Positions 1 to 8,771 of a DNA stretch of 32,000 bases are shown here, in pieces. The stretch is from Xanthomonas campestris pv. campestris str. ATCC 33913 (GTDB lineage Bacteria > Pseudomonadota > Gammaproteobacteria > Xanthomonadales > Xanthomonadaceae). The stretch covers positions 1,297,436 to 1,329,435 of the forward strand of contig NC_003902.1 in the NCBI RefSeq assembly GCF_000007145.1, written 5' to 3'. Position numbers and translations under genes: made by a program. The notes under the pieces are model-generated. The model was given only the letters and a program-made list of their open reading frames with translations, did no database searches and was not told the origin of the DNA. The first letter of the stretch is position 1. Each line of letters starts with the position of its first letter.

Positions 1-2251
1 CGCTGCCATGGATGGCAGCTTTTTGATTTTCGCCGGCACGGATGCCGGCATTAGGAAGCGTCTTGGGCAGGAACGGGGCCAGATGCGATTTGACTGCACA
101 CGGGCCCACGCCAGGGCCGCCGCCGCCATGTGGAATGCAGAAGGTCTTGTGCAGGTTGAGATGCGACACGTCCGAGCCCCACTTGCCGGGCTTGGCCACG
201 CCGACCAGGGCGTTCATGTTGGCGCCGTCGGTATACACCTGGCCGCCGTGCGCGTGCACCGCTTCGCAAATCGCCACCACGTCTTCTTCGAACACGCCGT
301 GCGTGGACGGGTAGGTGATCATCAGCGCGGCCAGGCGGTCGGAATATTTCTCGGCCTTGGCGCGAATGTCATCGACATCGACATTGCCGTTGGCATCGCA
401 CTTGGTCACCACCACGGTCATGCCGCACATCTGCGCGGAGGCCGGGTTGGTGCCGTGGGCGGATTCGGGAATCAGGCAGATGTCGCGGTGGGCTTCGTTG
501 CGCGAGCGGTGATAGGCGCGGATTGCCAGCAGGCCGGCGTATTCGCCCTGCGCGCCGGAATTGGGCTGCAGGCTCACCGCGTCGTAGCCGGTGCATTCGA
601 CCAGCATCGCTTCCAGTTCTTCGATCAGCTGCGCATAACCGGCCGACTGCTCGGGCGGTGCCAGCGGATGGATCGCGCCGAATTCCGGCCAGGTCACCGG
701 AATCATCTCGGCGGTGGCGTTGAGCTTCATCGTGCAGCTGCCCAGCGGGATCATGGTGCGATCCATGGCCAGGTCCTTGTCGGCCAGCGAGCGCATGTAG
801 CGCAGCAGTTCGTGTTCGCTGTGATGGGTGTTGAACACCGGGTGCTGCAGGAATGCGCTGGTGCGGCGCATGCCCTGCGGCAGCGCGTCGGCGGTGGCCG
901 CATCCAGCGCATCGATATCCGCCTGGGCACCGAACAGCTGCGCCAGTGCCACCACATCGGCGCGCGTGCTGGTTTCGTCCAGGCTGATGCCGACCGCTTC
1001 GCTATCGATCGCGCGCAGGTTGATGCCGGCCGCATGCGCCTTGGCGTGGATGGCATCGGCATCGATCGCCTTGACGTGCAGCGTGTCGAAGAAATGCTCG
1101 CCCACGGTGACGCCGGCGCTGCGCAATGCGGCCGCCAGGATCGCCGCCAGGCGATGGGTGCGGCGGGCAATGCGTGTGAGGCCCTCGGGGCCGTGGTAGA
1201 CCGCGTACATCGAGGCCATCACCGCCAGCAGCACCTGCGCGGTGCAGATGTTGGAGGTGGCCTTTTCGCGACGAATGTGTTGCTCACGCGTCTGCAGCGT
1301 GAGGCGATAGGCCGGGTTGCCGGCAGCATCGATCGACACCCCGATCAAGCGGCCCGGCATCGAGCGCTTGTAGGCATCGCGGCAGGCCATGAAGGCCGCA
1401 TGCGGGCCACCGAAGCCGAACGGCACGCCGAAGCGCTGCGAGTTGCCCACCACGATGTCCGCGCCCCATTCGCCCGGCGCGGCGATCAGCGTGAGCGCCA
1501 GCAGATCGGTGGCCACGGCGACCAGGCCGCCCTGCGCGTGCACGGCATCGGCCAACGCGGCGTGATCGCCGATGTGGCCGAAGCTGTCCGGGTACTGCAG
1601 CAGCACGCCGAAGCACTCGGCCTGCATGGCTTCGTCCGGCGTGCCCACACGCAGCACGATGCCCAGCGGCTCGGCGCGCGTGCGCAGCAGCTCCTGCGTC
1701 TGCGGGTGCACTGCGTCGTGCACGAAGAACGTATCGGACTTGGACTTGGCCGAGCGCTTGGCCAGCGTCATCGCTTCGGCTGCGGCGGTGGCTTCGTCCA
1801 GCAGCGAGGCATTGGCGATCTGCATGCCGGTGAGGTCGGCGCACATGGTCTGGAAGTTGATCAGCGCTTCCATGCGGCCCTGCGAAATCTCGGCCTGGTA
1901 GGGCGTGTAGGCGGTGTACCAGGCCGGGTTTTCCAGGATGTTGCGCAGGATCACCTTCGGCGTATGCGTGCCGTAGTACCCCTGGCCGATGAACGTGCGC
2001 TGCACCTGGTTCTTGCTGGCAATGGCGCGGATCCTGGCCAGCGCTTCTTCTTCGGTGATCGCATCGGGCAGCGCCAGCGCGGCCGGCGACTTGATGTTGG
2101 ACGGCACGATGGCGTCGGTCATCGCATCCAGCGAGTCGTGGCCGACAACGCCCAGCATCTGCGCGATTTCCGCGTCGTTGGGGCCGATGTGGCGTTCGAC
2201 GAACGCGCTGTGGTGTTCGAGGTCGCGCAGGGAAGACGGAGTCTGGGACAT
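1..2251 (-). CDS. gcvP: glycine dehydrogenase (decarboxylating), glycine cleavage P-protein; 3' end runs off the window (about 750 N-terminal codons present)
   Basis: Own translation of the minus strand from ATG 2251..2249 gives [33 protein letters not shown]...[48 protein letters not shown]...[22 protein letters not shown] (PLP-lysine motif). The frame stays open to base 1. It is absent from the ORF track, apparently because it has no in-window stop. A glycine riboswitch lies directly upstream. Confidence 0.95.
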   Translation of the reverse strand, partial: MSQTPSSLRDLEHHSAFVERHIGPNDAEIAQMLGVVGHDSLDAMTDAIVPSNIKSPAALALPDAITEEEALARIRAIASKNQVQRTFIGQGYYGTHTPKVILRNILENPAWYTAYTPYQAEISQGRMEALINFQTMCADLTGMQIANASLLDEATAAAEAMTLAKRSAKSKSDTFFVHDAVHPQTQELLRTRAEPLGIVLRVGTPDEAMQAECFGVLLQYPDSFGHIGDHAALADAVHAQGGLVAVATDLLALTLIAAPGEWGADIVVGNSQRFGVPFGFGGPHAAFMACRDAYKRSMPGRLIGVSIDAAGNPAYRLTLQTREQHIRREKATSNICTAQVLLAVMASMYAVYHGPEGLTRIARRTHRLAAILAAALRSAGVTVGEHFFDTLHVKAIDADAIHAKAHAAGINLRAIDSEAVGISLDETSTRADVVALAQLFGAQADIDALDAATADALPQGMRRTSAFLQHPVFNTHHSEHELLRYMRSLADKDLAMDRTMIPLGSCTMKLNATAEMIPVTWPEFGAIHPLAPPEQSAGYAQLIEELEAMLVECTGYDAVSLQPNSGAQGEYAGLLAIRAYHRSRNEAHRDICLIPESAHGTNPASAQMCGMTVVVTKCDANGNVDVDDIRAKAEKYSDRLAALMITYPSTHGVFEEDVVAICEAVHAHGGQVYTDGANMNALVGVAKPGKWGSDVSHLNLHKTFCIPHGGGGPGVGPCAVKSHLAPFLPKTLPNAGIRAGENQKAAIHGS

Positions 2252-2354
2252 GGCGGGCATCCGGGGCAGGGGGCATGCGAAAGGTCGGAAGCACCACGAC
2301 CGGCATGACGCGCATACGCGCACCACGACCTGCCGCACTGGCGGTCTTCCTCGC

Positions 2355-2540
2355 GCCCCTCTGTCCTTTTGCCTGAGAGTTTAAGAACGCGGCCTGGCCT
2401 GTGGCCTGCCTGCGTTCCGTGCCCCTTCGGCGCCGGAGTGAACCGGTCTCTCCAGAGTTGTGTTGAAGATGGTATCGGGCCTGAGCGATTACGGGCTGTT
2501 GCGCCTTCGGCAGCGGCAGTGCCGCTTCTCCCACCGTGTT
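2355..2540 (-). promoter_or_regulatory. tandem glycine riboswitch (two aptamers) in the gcvP leader
   Basis: Minus-strand reading. Aptamer 1: GGGAGAagcggcactgccgctGCCGAAGGCGCAAcagcccgtaatcgCTCAGGCccgatACC. Aptamer 2: CTCTGGAGAGaccggttcactccggcGCCGAAGGGGCAcgg...aaCTCTCAGGCAAAAGGACAG. Both match the conserved GGAGA / CCGAAGG(G/C)GCA / CTCAGGC..A.GAC cores of the glycine aptamer. A TATAAT hexamer (minus strand, 2554..2549) sits just upstream. Confidence 0.85.
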
Positions 2541-2734
2541 ACCTGCCGATTATAGCCTGCGCCCAAGCCGCCGGCGCGCCGCACCACGCTGCCGCGGCAG
2601 GGGCGCTGCGCTCGGGTTTGCTTAACCTTGCCGGGGTGAACACCTATCATCTGCGGCCCTGTGTGCATCCAGTCCCGCCGCCGACGCGGCCCCTGACGTG
2701 CACACTCCGCTGTACCCGCTTTCCGGATCCCGGC

Positions 2735-3988
2735 ATGACCCCGACCACGCCCTCCACCCGTCGCATGGCGCTGCTGCTCGCCGGCCTGGCGATGTTCGGC
2801 CCGTTTTCCATCGACACCATCTTCCCGGCGTTCTCCCAGCTCAGCCGCAGCCTGGCGGTGGACGAGGTGGCGATCCAGCAGACCATCAGCGTGTATCTGC
2901 TGGCCTACGGGCTGATGAGCATCGCGCACGGGCCGCTCTCCGACGCCTGGGGCCGCAAGCGGGTGATCCTGGGCGGGTTGGTGCTGTTCATCGCCGGCAC
3001 CATTGGCTGCGCGTTGTCGCGCGATCTGCCGACGCTGCTGGCCTTCCGCGCGCTGCAGGGCTTGTCGGCCGGCGTGGGCATGATCGTGGGGCGCGCGGTC
3101 ATCCGCGACCTGTTCCAGGGCCACGACGCGCAGCGCCTGATGAGCCAGGTGTCGATGATCTTCGGCATCGCCCCGGCGATCGCGCCGATCATCGGCGGCT
3201 GGATCCTGCTCAGCGGCGCCGGCTGGCCGCTGATCTTCTGGTTCCTGGCGGTGTTCGGGCTGGTGCTGCTGATCGCCACGGTGACCTGGCTGCCGGAAAC
3301 CCACCCGGTGGAGGCGCGCACGCCGCTGCAGCTGCGCCGCCTGCTGCATGACTACGTGCGGATCGGCTTCAACCCACGTTTCCAGCGCCTGGCCGCGGCC
3401 GGTGCGTTCAACTTCGCCGGCATCTTTTTGTACATCGCCTCGGCGCCGGTGCTGGTGATGCGCCACCTGCACCTGGGCGAGGGCGATTTCGCCTGGTTGT
3501 TCATTCCCACCATTGGCGGCATGACCCTGGGGTCGTTCCTGTCCGGGCGCATGGCCGGGCGGATGGATCCGGTGCGGCAGGTGCGCATCGGTTTCATCTA
3601 CTGCGGTGTGGCGGCGCTGGTCAACCTTGGCTATACGCTGGCGGTGGCGCAGATCAGCCTGCCGTGGGCGGTGCTGCCGATCTTCCTGGCCGGGCTGGGC
3701 ATGGCGCTGATCTTCCCGATCCTGGCGCTGGCGGTGCTGGACATGTACCCGCAGCAGCGCGGCCTGGCGTCCTCGCTGCAGGCCTTCACCCAGCTGATGA
3801 CCAATACCGTGGTGGCCGGGGTGCTGTCGCCGCTGCTGAGTGAACACCCGCGGCATCTGGCGTTCGGCATGACCGGCTTTTTCTTGCTGGGCTGGCTATT
3901 CTGGCGCTGGGAGCGCCGCAGCGGCCGCCGCTTGCGGCGCCGCCAGGCTGCCGAGGCACTGCCTCTGGAGCCGGCCGACCACCTTTGA
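2735..3988 (+). CDS. bcr: MFS transporter, Bcr/CflA drug-resistance efflux subfamily
   Basis: ORF 2369..3988. The membrane-protein part starts at in-frame ATG 2735 (MTPTTPSTRRMALLLAGLAMFGPFSIDTIFPAF...). It has about 12 hydrophobic helices and the MFS motif GPLSDAWGRKRV. The upstream 122 codons are Pro/Arg/Ala-rich and overlap the riboswitch and promoter region. Confidence 0.85.
   Translation: MTPTTPSTRRMALLLAGLAMFGPFSIDTIFPAFSQLSRSLAVDEVAIQQTISVYLLAYGLMSIAHGPLSDAWGRKRVILGGLVLFIAGTIGCALSRDLPTLLAFRALQGLSAGVGMIVGRAVIRDLFQGHDAQRLMSQVSMIFGIAPAIAPIIGGWILLSGAGWPLIFWFLAVFGLVLLIATVTWLPETHPVEARTPLQLRRLLHDYVRIGFNPRFQRLAAAGAFNFAGIFLYIASAPVLVMRHLHLGEGDFAWLFIPTIGGMTLGSFLSGRMAGRMDPVRQVRIGFIYCGVAALVNLGYTLAVAQISLPWAVLPIFLAGLGMALIFPILALAVLDMYPQQRGLASSLQAFTQLMTNTVVAGVLSPLLSEHPRHLAFGMTGFFLLGWLFWRWERRSGRRLRRRQAAEALPLEPADHL
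3668..3771. repeat. inverted-repeat arm 1 (104 bp, inside the MFS gene)
   Basis: Checked base by base: the reverse complement of 3668-3771 is identical to 4357-4460. It encodes ...LPIFLAGLGMALIFPILALAVLDMYPQQRGLAS of the transporter. Confidence 0.95.
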
Positions 3989-4004
3989 CCCCACAGGAGC
4001 CTGC

Positions 4005-4559
4005 ATGTCCACCGATTCCAAGCTGCGCCGCGATGCCCGCAAGCGGGCCACCGAGCGCGCGCGCAACCAGGCCGCTGCCAACCCCGCGCCGGTCTCGCCG
4101 ATCGAACCGCATGCCGAACTGCGCGACCAGCAACGCACGCTGCTGGCCGGCATCGTGCGCCGCGACGGCGAGTGGGTGCTGGGCATGGATGGCCGCATCG
4201 CCGGCGAAAGCACCAGCGCCGCGCAGGTGCTGGCCCTGATCATGCGAGCGGCCGAACTGCACGAACGCCAGGGCACCCCCGTGCGGCTGACCTATTCGGA
4301 CGCCCTCAAGGACGCCGCGCACGCCGAGGCCGCTGCGGACGGCATGGAATTCGAGCGACGCCAGGCCGCGCTGCTGCGGGTACATGTCCAGCACCGCCAG
4401 CGCCAGGATCGGGAAGATCAGCGCCATGCCCAGCCCGGCCAGGAAGATCGGCAGCACCGCTCCTACGACAGCCCAGCAACTGCCGAAGGGTCGCTACATC
4501 GCTGCCCTTGCGATCCAGCAAAGGCAGCGTCGCAGGCGTGGCCACGACGCTGCCACTGA
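4005..4559 (+). CDS. hypothetical protein (184 aa); the C-terminal third is chimeric with inverted-repeat arm 2
   Basis: AGGAG at 3995-3999 lies 5 nt before ATG 4005. The N-terminal 117 aa look protein-like (MSTDSKLRRDARKRATERARNQ...GEWVLGMDGRIAGESTSAAQVLALIMRAAELHERQGTPVRLTYSDALKD). Residues about 118-152 (QAALLRVHVQHRQRQDREDQRHAQPGQEDRQH) are the antisense reading of MFS helix-coding DNA. Confidence 0.5.
   Translation: MSTDSKLRRDARKRATERARNQAAANPAPVSPIEPHAELRDQQRTLLAGIVRRDGEWVLGMDGRIAGESTSAAQVLALIMRAAELHERQGTPVRLTYSDALKDAAHAEAAADGMEFERRQAALLRVHVQHRQRQDREDQRHAQPGQEDRQHRSYDSPATAEGSLHRCPCDPAKAASQAWPRRCH
4357..4460. repeat. inverted-repeat arm 2 (104 bp, perfect reverse complement of 3668-3771)
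   Basis: Identical to the reverse complement of arm 1. The spacer between arms is 585 bp (3772-4356). Confidence 0.95.
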
Positions 4560-4573
4560 ACCGGCTAACGCAG

Positions 4574-6505
4574 TCAACGCGCCTGCGACTGCCGCACCGA
4601 CTCCTGCTGCGTTGCCTGCTCCAATGCGGCAGCATCGCGCTCGGGCGACGGTCCCAATGCCTGCAAGCGCTGCAGGCTGGCTTCCACCGGCGCTTCCTGC
4701 GCCGCCTTGGCGTCGAAGCTGCCGCGCAGGTGCGCCGGTGAATCGAGCGCGCCCTGGACCACGAAGCCGCGGGCCGGGTCGTTCCCGAGCAGCACGTGGT
4801 CGACGCGCTGTAGCCCATGCTCACGCGCGGCCACCAGCGATCCCAGTGCCAGACGCTCGCTGTCCATGCCCGGCGTGGGGCCATGCGCGCCTTCCAGTCG
4901 CCCTACGGCGGCGGTGCATTGCTGCAGCAGCCCATGGTCCGGATGCGCAGGGTCGCGCGGATCAGGCACTGCCGCGGTTGCGGCCGCCGGGCGCGGTGCC
5001 ACATCGGCGTCGATGCGTTGCAGCCGGCCGTCGAACTGGCCGTCGGCGCCGTCTGCGATGCGTTGCAGGCGCTCGGCAAAGGCCGCAGGCTGCCCGCCCA
5101 CATTGCGCGCCAGCGCGATGGCGAATTGCTCGGTGTCGGATGCCTGGCCGTTGCCGACCAGTAGTGCCAACGGGCTCGCGCCGATCTTGTTGGCCGTGGC
5201 GGCGGTCTGGGTCTGCTGCAGCAACGCCTGCATCTGCTGCTCGTTGAACACCAGCGTGGTTTTCTGCCCGGCTTGAATTGCGCCTGTGCCCGCCATGTCG
5301 CCGCTGATCGCGCTATTGAGCGATTGCGCCATGGCTTTTTCTTCGCTGGCCTCGTTGCGGCCGCCCAGGCGTTGCATCAGCCCAGGGGTGGCAACGTCGC
5401 CGTCGATTTCGAAACGGTAGCTGCGCTCCTGCACGCGTTCGACATTGTTGCCGTCGTAGTGGCGCAGCACTGTCAGTGGCACGTTATCGCCGTATTTCAG
5501 CTGCTGCAGCACGGCGTAGTCGTCCTGGCCGGGTTCGCTGATGCGGATCTGGCTACCTTCATTGCGGGTGCCCCCCAGATCGGCGTCGAGCGGGCCCAGT
5601 TGCAACTGCATGCGCTGCTGCGAACTGAAACCGATCCGCTCCAGCGTCTGGATCTGATCCACGCCGGGCGTGCCGGGCGCAACCTCGCCCGTGCGCGCGA
5701 ACGCCGTCATGGCGTCGACGGCGCGTGGATCGGCCAGGTCGAACTGCGCGCTCTGCACACGTGAAGTGCCAAGGCGGTCGGTGCGGCCAACCAGGGCCTG
5801 CGCGGGGCCGGCCTTGAGTCCGATCGCATTGGCCGCTTCGATGGCGTCGTTGGGGCCGGTGGCCACGCGCACGTGGCGCTCGTCCACGCGTTCGATCAGA
5901 TAACTGCGGCCGCTGGCTTCGGTGATCTTGCTCTGCATCGCAACCTGTTGCAGGTCCGCCTTGACCTCGCGCTGTGCGAAGGCCTGGCTATCGAGCACCG
6001 CACGAGCGCCCACCGGCAAGCTCTCCGGTTGTAGCGGGTTCACCTGCGTGGCTGCGTCCAGTGATTGATCGGCGCCAGGCAGCGTCAGCGTGTAGCGCAT
6101 GCGCTGGCCGGCGGCCACGCCGGCTTCCAGGTTCAACGTGCCGCTGCCGAGTTTGGTCTGTCGGCTTTGCTGCAAGCCGGTCTGCGCGTCTGCTTCCAGG
6201 CTGAAGGTGGTGGTCTTTGCATCGGCATCGCTGACCACGCCCAGGCTCTGCGAGCTGGCGCTGCGCAGGCTGGTTTCGCCCAGCGGCTGCGTCGCACTGC
6301 CGCTGCTCTGCTGCGTGCTCTGCGTGTGCTTGACCGACTGTTCGCCGGGGTTGAGACCCAGGCTGCGGCCACCCGGCCCGTTGGCCGCGAATTCGGTGCC
6401 AGTGCTGCCGTAGGTTGGATCAAACGCGCCCTGCTGCGCGTCTGCAATGATCTGTGCATCGCGATCCGCATCGTGCGGACCCGGGCCAGTGGAGGCCTGG
6501 TTCAT
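4574..6505 (-). CDS. large hypothetical protein with an XVIPCD-like C-terminal domain; candidate X-T4SS-secreted effector (X-Tfe-like), N-terminal function unknown
   Basis: AAGGAG lies 7 nt upstream of ATG 6505. The C-terminal ~130 aa (RDPAHPDHGLLQQ...SERLALGSLVAAREHGLQRVDHVLLGNDPARGFVVQG...PVEASLQRLQ...QATQQESVRQSQ) align motif by motif with the C-terminus of the 27525..28625 protein. They also match my recollection of XVIPCD motifs (HP.H.L..Q, S..LA, G..R.D.V.L, F.VQG, P.E.S.Q, Gln-rich tail). There is no signal peptide. I do not recognise any family in the N-terminal ~480 aa. Confidence 0.6.
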   Translation of the reverse strand: MNQASTGPGPHDADRDAQIIADAQQGAFDPTYGSTGTEFAANGPGGRSLGLNPGEQSVKHTQSTQQSSGSATQPLGETSLRSASSQSLGVVSDADAKTTTFSLEADAQTGLQQSRQTKLGSGTLNLEAGVAAGQRMRYTLTLPGADQSLDAATQVNPLQPESLPVGARAVLDSQAFAQREVKADLQQVAMQSKITEASGRSYLIERVDERHVRVATGPNDAIEAANAIGLKAGPAQALVGRTDRLGTSRVQSAQFDLADPRAVDAMTAFARTGEVAPGTPGVDQIQTLERIGFSSQQRMQLQLGPLDADLGGTRNEGSQIRISEPGQDDYAVLQQLKYGDNVPLTVLRHYDGNNVERVQERSYRFEIDGDVATPGLMQRLGGRNEASEEKAMAQSLNSAISGDMAGTGAIQAGQKTTLVFNEQQMQALLQQTQTAATANKIGASPLALLVGNGQASDTEQFAIALARNVGGQPAAFAERLQRIADGADGQFDGRLQRIDADVAPRPAAATAAVPDPRDPAHPDHGLLQQCTAAVGRLEGAHGPTPGMDSERLALGSLVAAREHGLQRVDHVLLGNDPARGFVVQGALDSPAHLRGSFDAKAAQEAPVEASLQRLQALGPSPERDAAALEQATQQESVRQSQAR

Positions 6506-6634
6506 CGGATTGCTCCTTGCATGCTGCGCTGACGCAGCGGGGGCCGAAGTATATCGCCGAGGTTTTTCGCGATTATCAACAGGTCGTTATGCGGCTGCCG
6601 GGATCCGGCAACCGCATGACGTCACGCACGTGGA

Positions 6635-8653
6635 TCAGCGCGCGGAAGGCGCCGGCGTTGCCGGCGGCGTTGCAGTGGCCCCCTTGGCCTGCCACCCGCA
6701 CATCTGGCCCTGGTTCTGCTGTTTGAGCCATTCCTGCATCGGTGCGAAATATTCCAGCATCGGGCCGGCATCGAGCGTGTCCTTGCCGGTCACTTCCTTC
6801 AGCGTGGTCTGCCAGGGCTGGCTGGAGCCGCGTTGCAACATCGACCAGAATTTCTGGCCGGCTTCCTTGTTGCCGTAGAAGCTGCATTCGTACAGCGGCC
6901 CCTGGTGGCCGGCGGCATCGCACAGGCCCTTGTAGAACTGGAATTGCAGGATGTGCGCGAGAAAATAACGGGTGTAGGGCGTGTTGCCGGGCACGTGGTA
7001 TTTGGCGCCGGCATCGAAGAAGTCCTCGCCGCGTGGGCTCACCGGTGCCACGCCCTGGTAGGTGGCCTTCAACTCCCACCAGGCCTGGTTGTAGCGTTCC
7101 GGGGGAATCGAGCCGTCGAATACGCCCCAGCGCCAGCGGTCGATCATCAGCCCGAACGGCAGAAACGCCACCTTGCTCAGCGCCATGCGCATCTGCGAAT
7201 TGATCAATGCCTCGCGCCCGCTCTGCTGCTCGCCAACCATGCCGATCGACTGCAGGTACTTGGGGGTCATCGCCAGCACGATGGTGTCGCCGATGGCTTC
7301 GTGGAAGCCGTCGTTGGCGCCGTTCTGGAACAGCGGCGGCAACGGGTTGTAGGCCATGTCGTAATAGATGTGGCCAAGCTCATGGTAGATGGTGGTGAAG
7401 TCTTCTTCGGTGGGGCGGATGCACATCTTGGTGCGCACGTCCGGGCCGATGCCCGCGTTCGGCTCGCCACCCATGTTCATGTCCCACGCGCTGGCGTGGC
7501 AGACCACGTCGCGGTCCAGTGGCTTGATGAACTGCGAGCGTTGCCAATAGGTGTCCGGCAACTTCGGCATGCCCAGCGACGTGTAGAAATCCTGCGCGCG
7601 TTCGGTCATCTGCTGGGCAGTGCGCAGTTGCGCGTCGCGCTCGGCGAGGAAGCGTGCAGCTGCGCCGCCATCGCCACCGGTGTTGCGCGCCAGCACGGCG
7701 CTCAGGTTGCCCTGGTACTGTTTTTCCAGCGCCGAGGTGATGTCCAGGTCGCCCGCACCGGGATAGGGCTGCAGCAGATCCCACAGGTTGCTCCAGTCCT
7801 GCTGCCACATGTTGCCCATCAGGTGCGCGGGCAGCATGCCGCCGGCCACCTCGCCCTTGTCCTTGCCGTACTGCGTGTCCAGCTTGCCGCGCGCGTAGCA
7901 TTGCAGCTGGGTGTACAGCGGTTTGAGCTGTTCCCAAAGGCGGTCGGTTTCGCTGGCCAATTGCGCCGGCGGCATGTCGTAGCCGCTGCGCCACATCGCA
8001 CCGACATCGGCAAAGCCCATGCCGCGTGCACCGTCATTGGCGAGCTCGACAAAGCGCTGGTAGTCCTTGCGCATGGGTTGCGCGGTGGCGTGCCAGCCTT
8101 GCCAGGCTTGCAGTTGTTCGTCGTAGTCGCGGCTGCGTGCCAGCACTTGTTCGAGCTCGCCCAGCTGGCGGCAACGGCGTTGCTCGCCTTCACCGGTGCA
8201 GGCGCTGCCCGCGCCGTAGTCGCCTTCCATCTTCGCGGCGATACGCGTGAGTTCGGCCAGCTTGGTCGGGTCGCGCGGGGCGGGCAGGGCGCTCATCAGC
8301 TTGAGTAATTGCAGCGCACGCGCGCTGTCGGCGGACATCGGGGTGCCGGCGTACTGCTTGGATTGGTCGATCCAGCGATCCAGCTGGCTCAGCGCGCGCT
8401 CGTTGGCCTTGGCCGCCAGCAACTGCGAGTCGCCGTTGATGTAGGTCGACGACAGCCACTGCGCGGCAGTCATTTCCGGATACGCCGCCTTGTATTCGGC
8501 ACTGATGCGCGCCACGAACTGGTCGGCGCTTTCGCTGGGTGCGGTTTTGGTGGTGGCGGGCTTGGGCGTCGGCACCGCATCCTGGCGGCACGACGACAGC
8601 GACAACGTACCGGCGGCAACGGCGAGCGCCAGCAACAGCAGACGAGGATTCAC
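6635..8653 (-). CDS. peptidyl-dipeptidase A, M2 family (angiotensin-converting-enzyme homologue), lipoprotein
   Basis: GTG start at 8653 with AAGGA upstream. The signal peptide carries a lipobox (LSLSSC). The zinc site is HELGH ... HEAIGD. Length and overall pattern are typical of bacterial ACE-like M2 peptidases known from Xanthomonas. Confidence 0.9.
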   Translation of the reverse strand: MNPRLLLLALAVAAGTLSLSSCRQDAVPTPKPATTKTAPSESADQFVARISAEYKAAYPEMTAAQWLSSTYINGDSQLLAAKANERALSQLDRWIDQSKQYAGTPMSADSARALQLLKLMSALPAPRDPTKLAELTRIAAKMEGDYGAGSACTGEGEQRRCRQLGELEQVLARSRDYDEQLQAWQGWHATAQPMRKDYQRFVELANDGARGMGFADVGAMWRSGYDMPPAQLASETDRLWEQLKPLYTQLQCYARGKLDTQYGKDKGEVAGGMLPAHLMGNMWQQDWSNLWDLLQPYPGAGDLDITSALEKQYQGNLSAVLARNTGGDGGAAARFLAERDAQLRTAQQMTERAQDFYTSLGMPKLPDTYWQRSQFIKPLDRDVVCHASAWDMNMGGEPNAGIGPDVRTKMCIRPTEEDFTTIYHELGHIYYDMAYNPLPPLFQNGANDGFHEAIGDTIVLAMTPKYLQSIGMVGEQQSGREALINSQMRMALSKVAFLPFGLMIDRWRWGVFDGSIPPERYNQAWWELKATYQGVAPVSPRGEDFFDAGAKYHVPGNTPYTRYFLAHILQFQFYKGLCDAAGHQGPLYECSFYGNKEAGQKFWSMLQRGSSQPWQTTLKEVTGKDTLDAGPMLEYFAPMQEWLKQQNQGQMCGWQAKGATATPPATPAPSAR

Positions 8654-8711
8654 GGGTGGTCCTTGCGGTGAAGTCCGGCGAAGGCTAGAGCGCGCCGGGG
8701 TTCAGGGCAAG

Positions 8712-8739
8712 TAAAAGCGCCATGCGTGCTGCATGGCGC
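8712..8739 (-). terminator. rho-independent terminator after eptA
   Basis: Perfect 9-bp stem gcgccatgc / gcatggcgc (8717-8725 and 8731-8739) with a 5-nt loop. On the minus strand it is followed by TTTTACTT. Confidence 0.6.
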
Positions 8740-8771
8740 CGGTGAATCGGCAAGCGTACGCGGCGCCGGGC

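Noticed and set aside
8-2308. 766-aa plus-strand ORF, the longest in the track
   Set aside because: It is the antisense shadow of gcvP. Its composition is dominated by Arg/Gly/Ala/His/Val runs with no recognisable motifs, while the opposite strand gives an unmistakable GcvP sequence.
1284-2534. 416-aa minus-strand ORF overlapping the gcvP 5' region
   Set aside because: It is out of frame with gcvP, Arg/Pro/Gly-rich, and runs straight through the glycine riboswitch.
2369-2734. N-terminal 122-codon extension of the MFS ORF
   Set aside because: The extension is Pro/Ala/Arg/Cys-rich and overlaps the gcvP riboswitch and promoter. The hydrophobic transporter sequence begins at ATG 2735.
3786-4457. 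223-aa minus-strand ORF beginning with MLPIFLAGLGMALIFPILALAVLDMYPQQRGLAS (looks like a transporter fragment or paralogue)
   Set aside because: Only the first 34 aa are transporter-like, because they are inverted-repeat arm 2. The rest is antisense to ORF 4005 and to the MFS 3' end. It is kept only as context for the inversion hypothesis.
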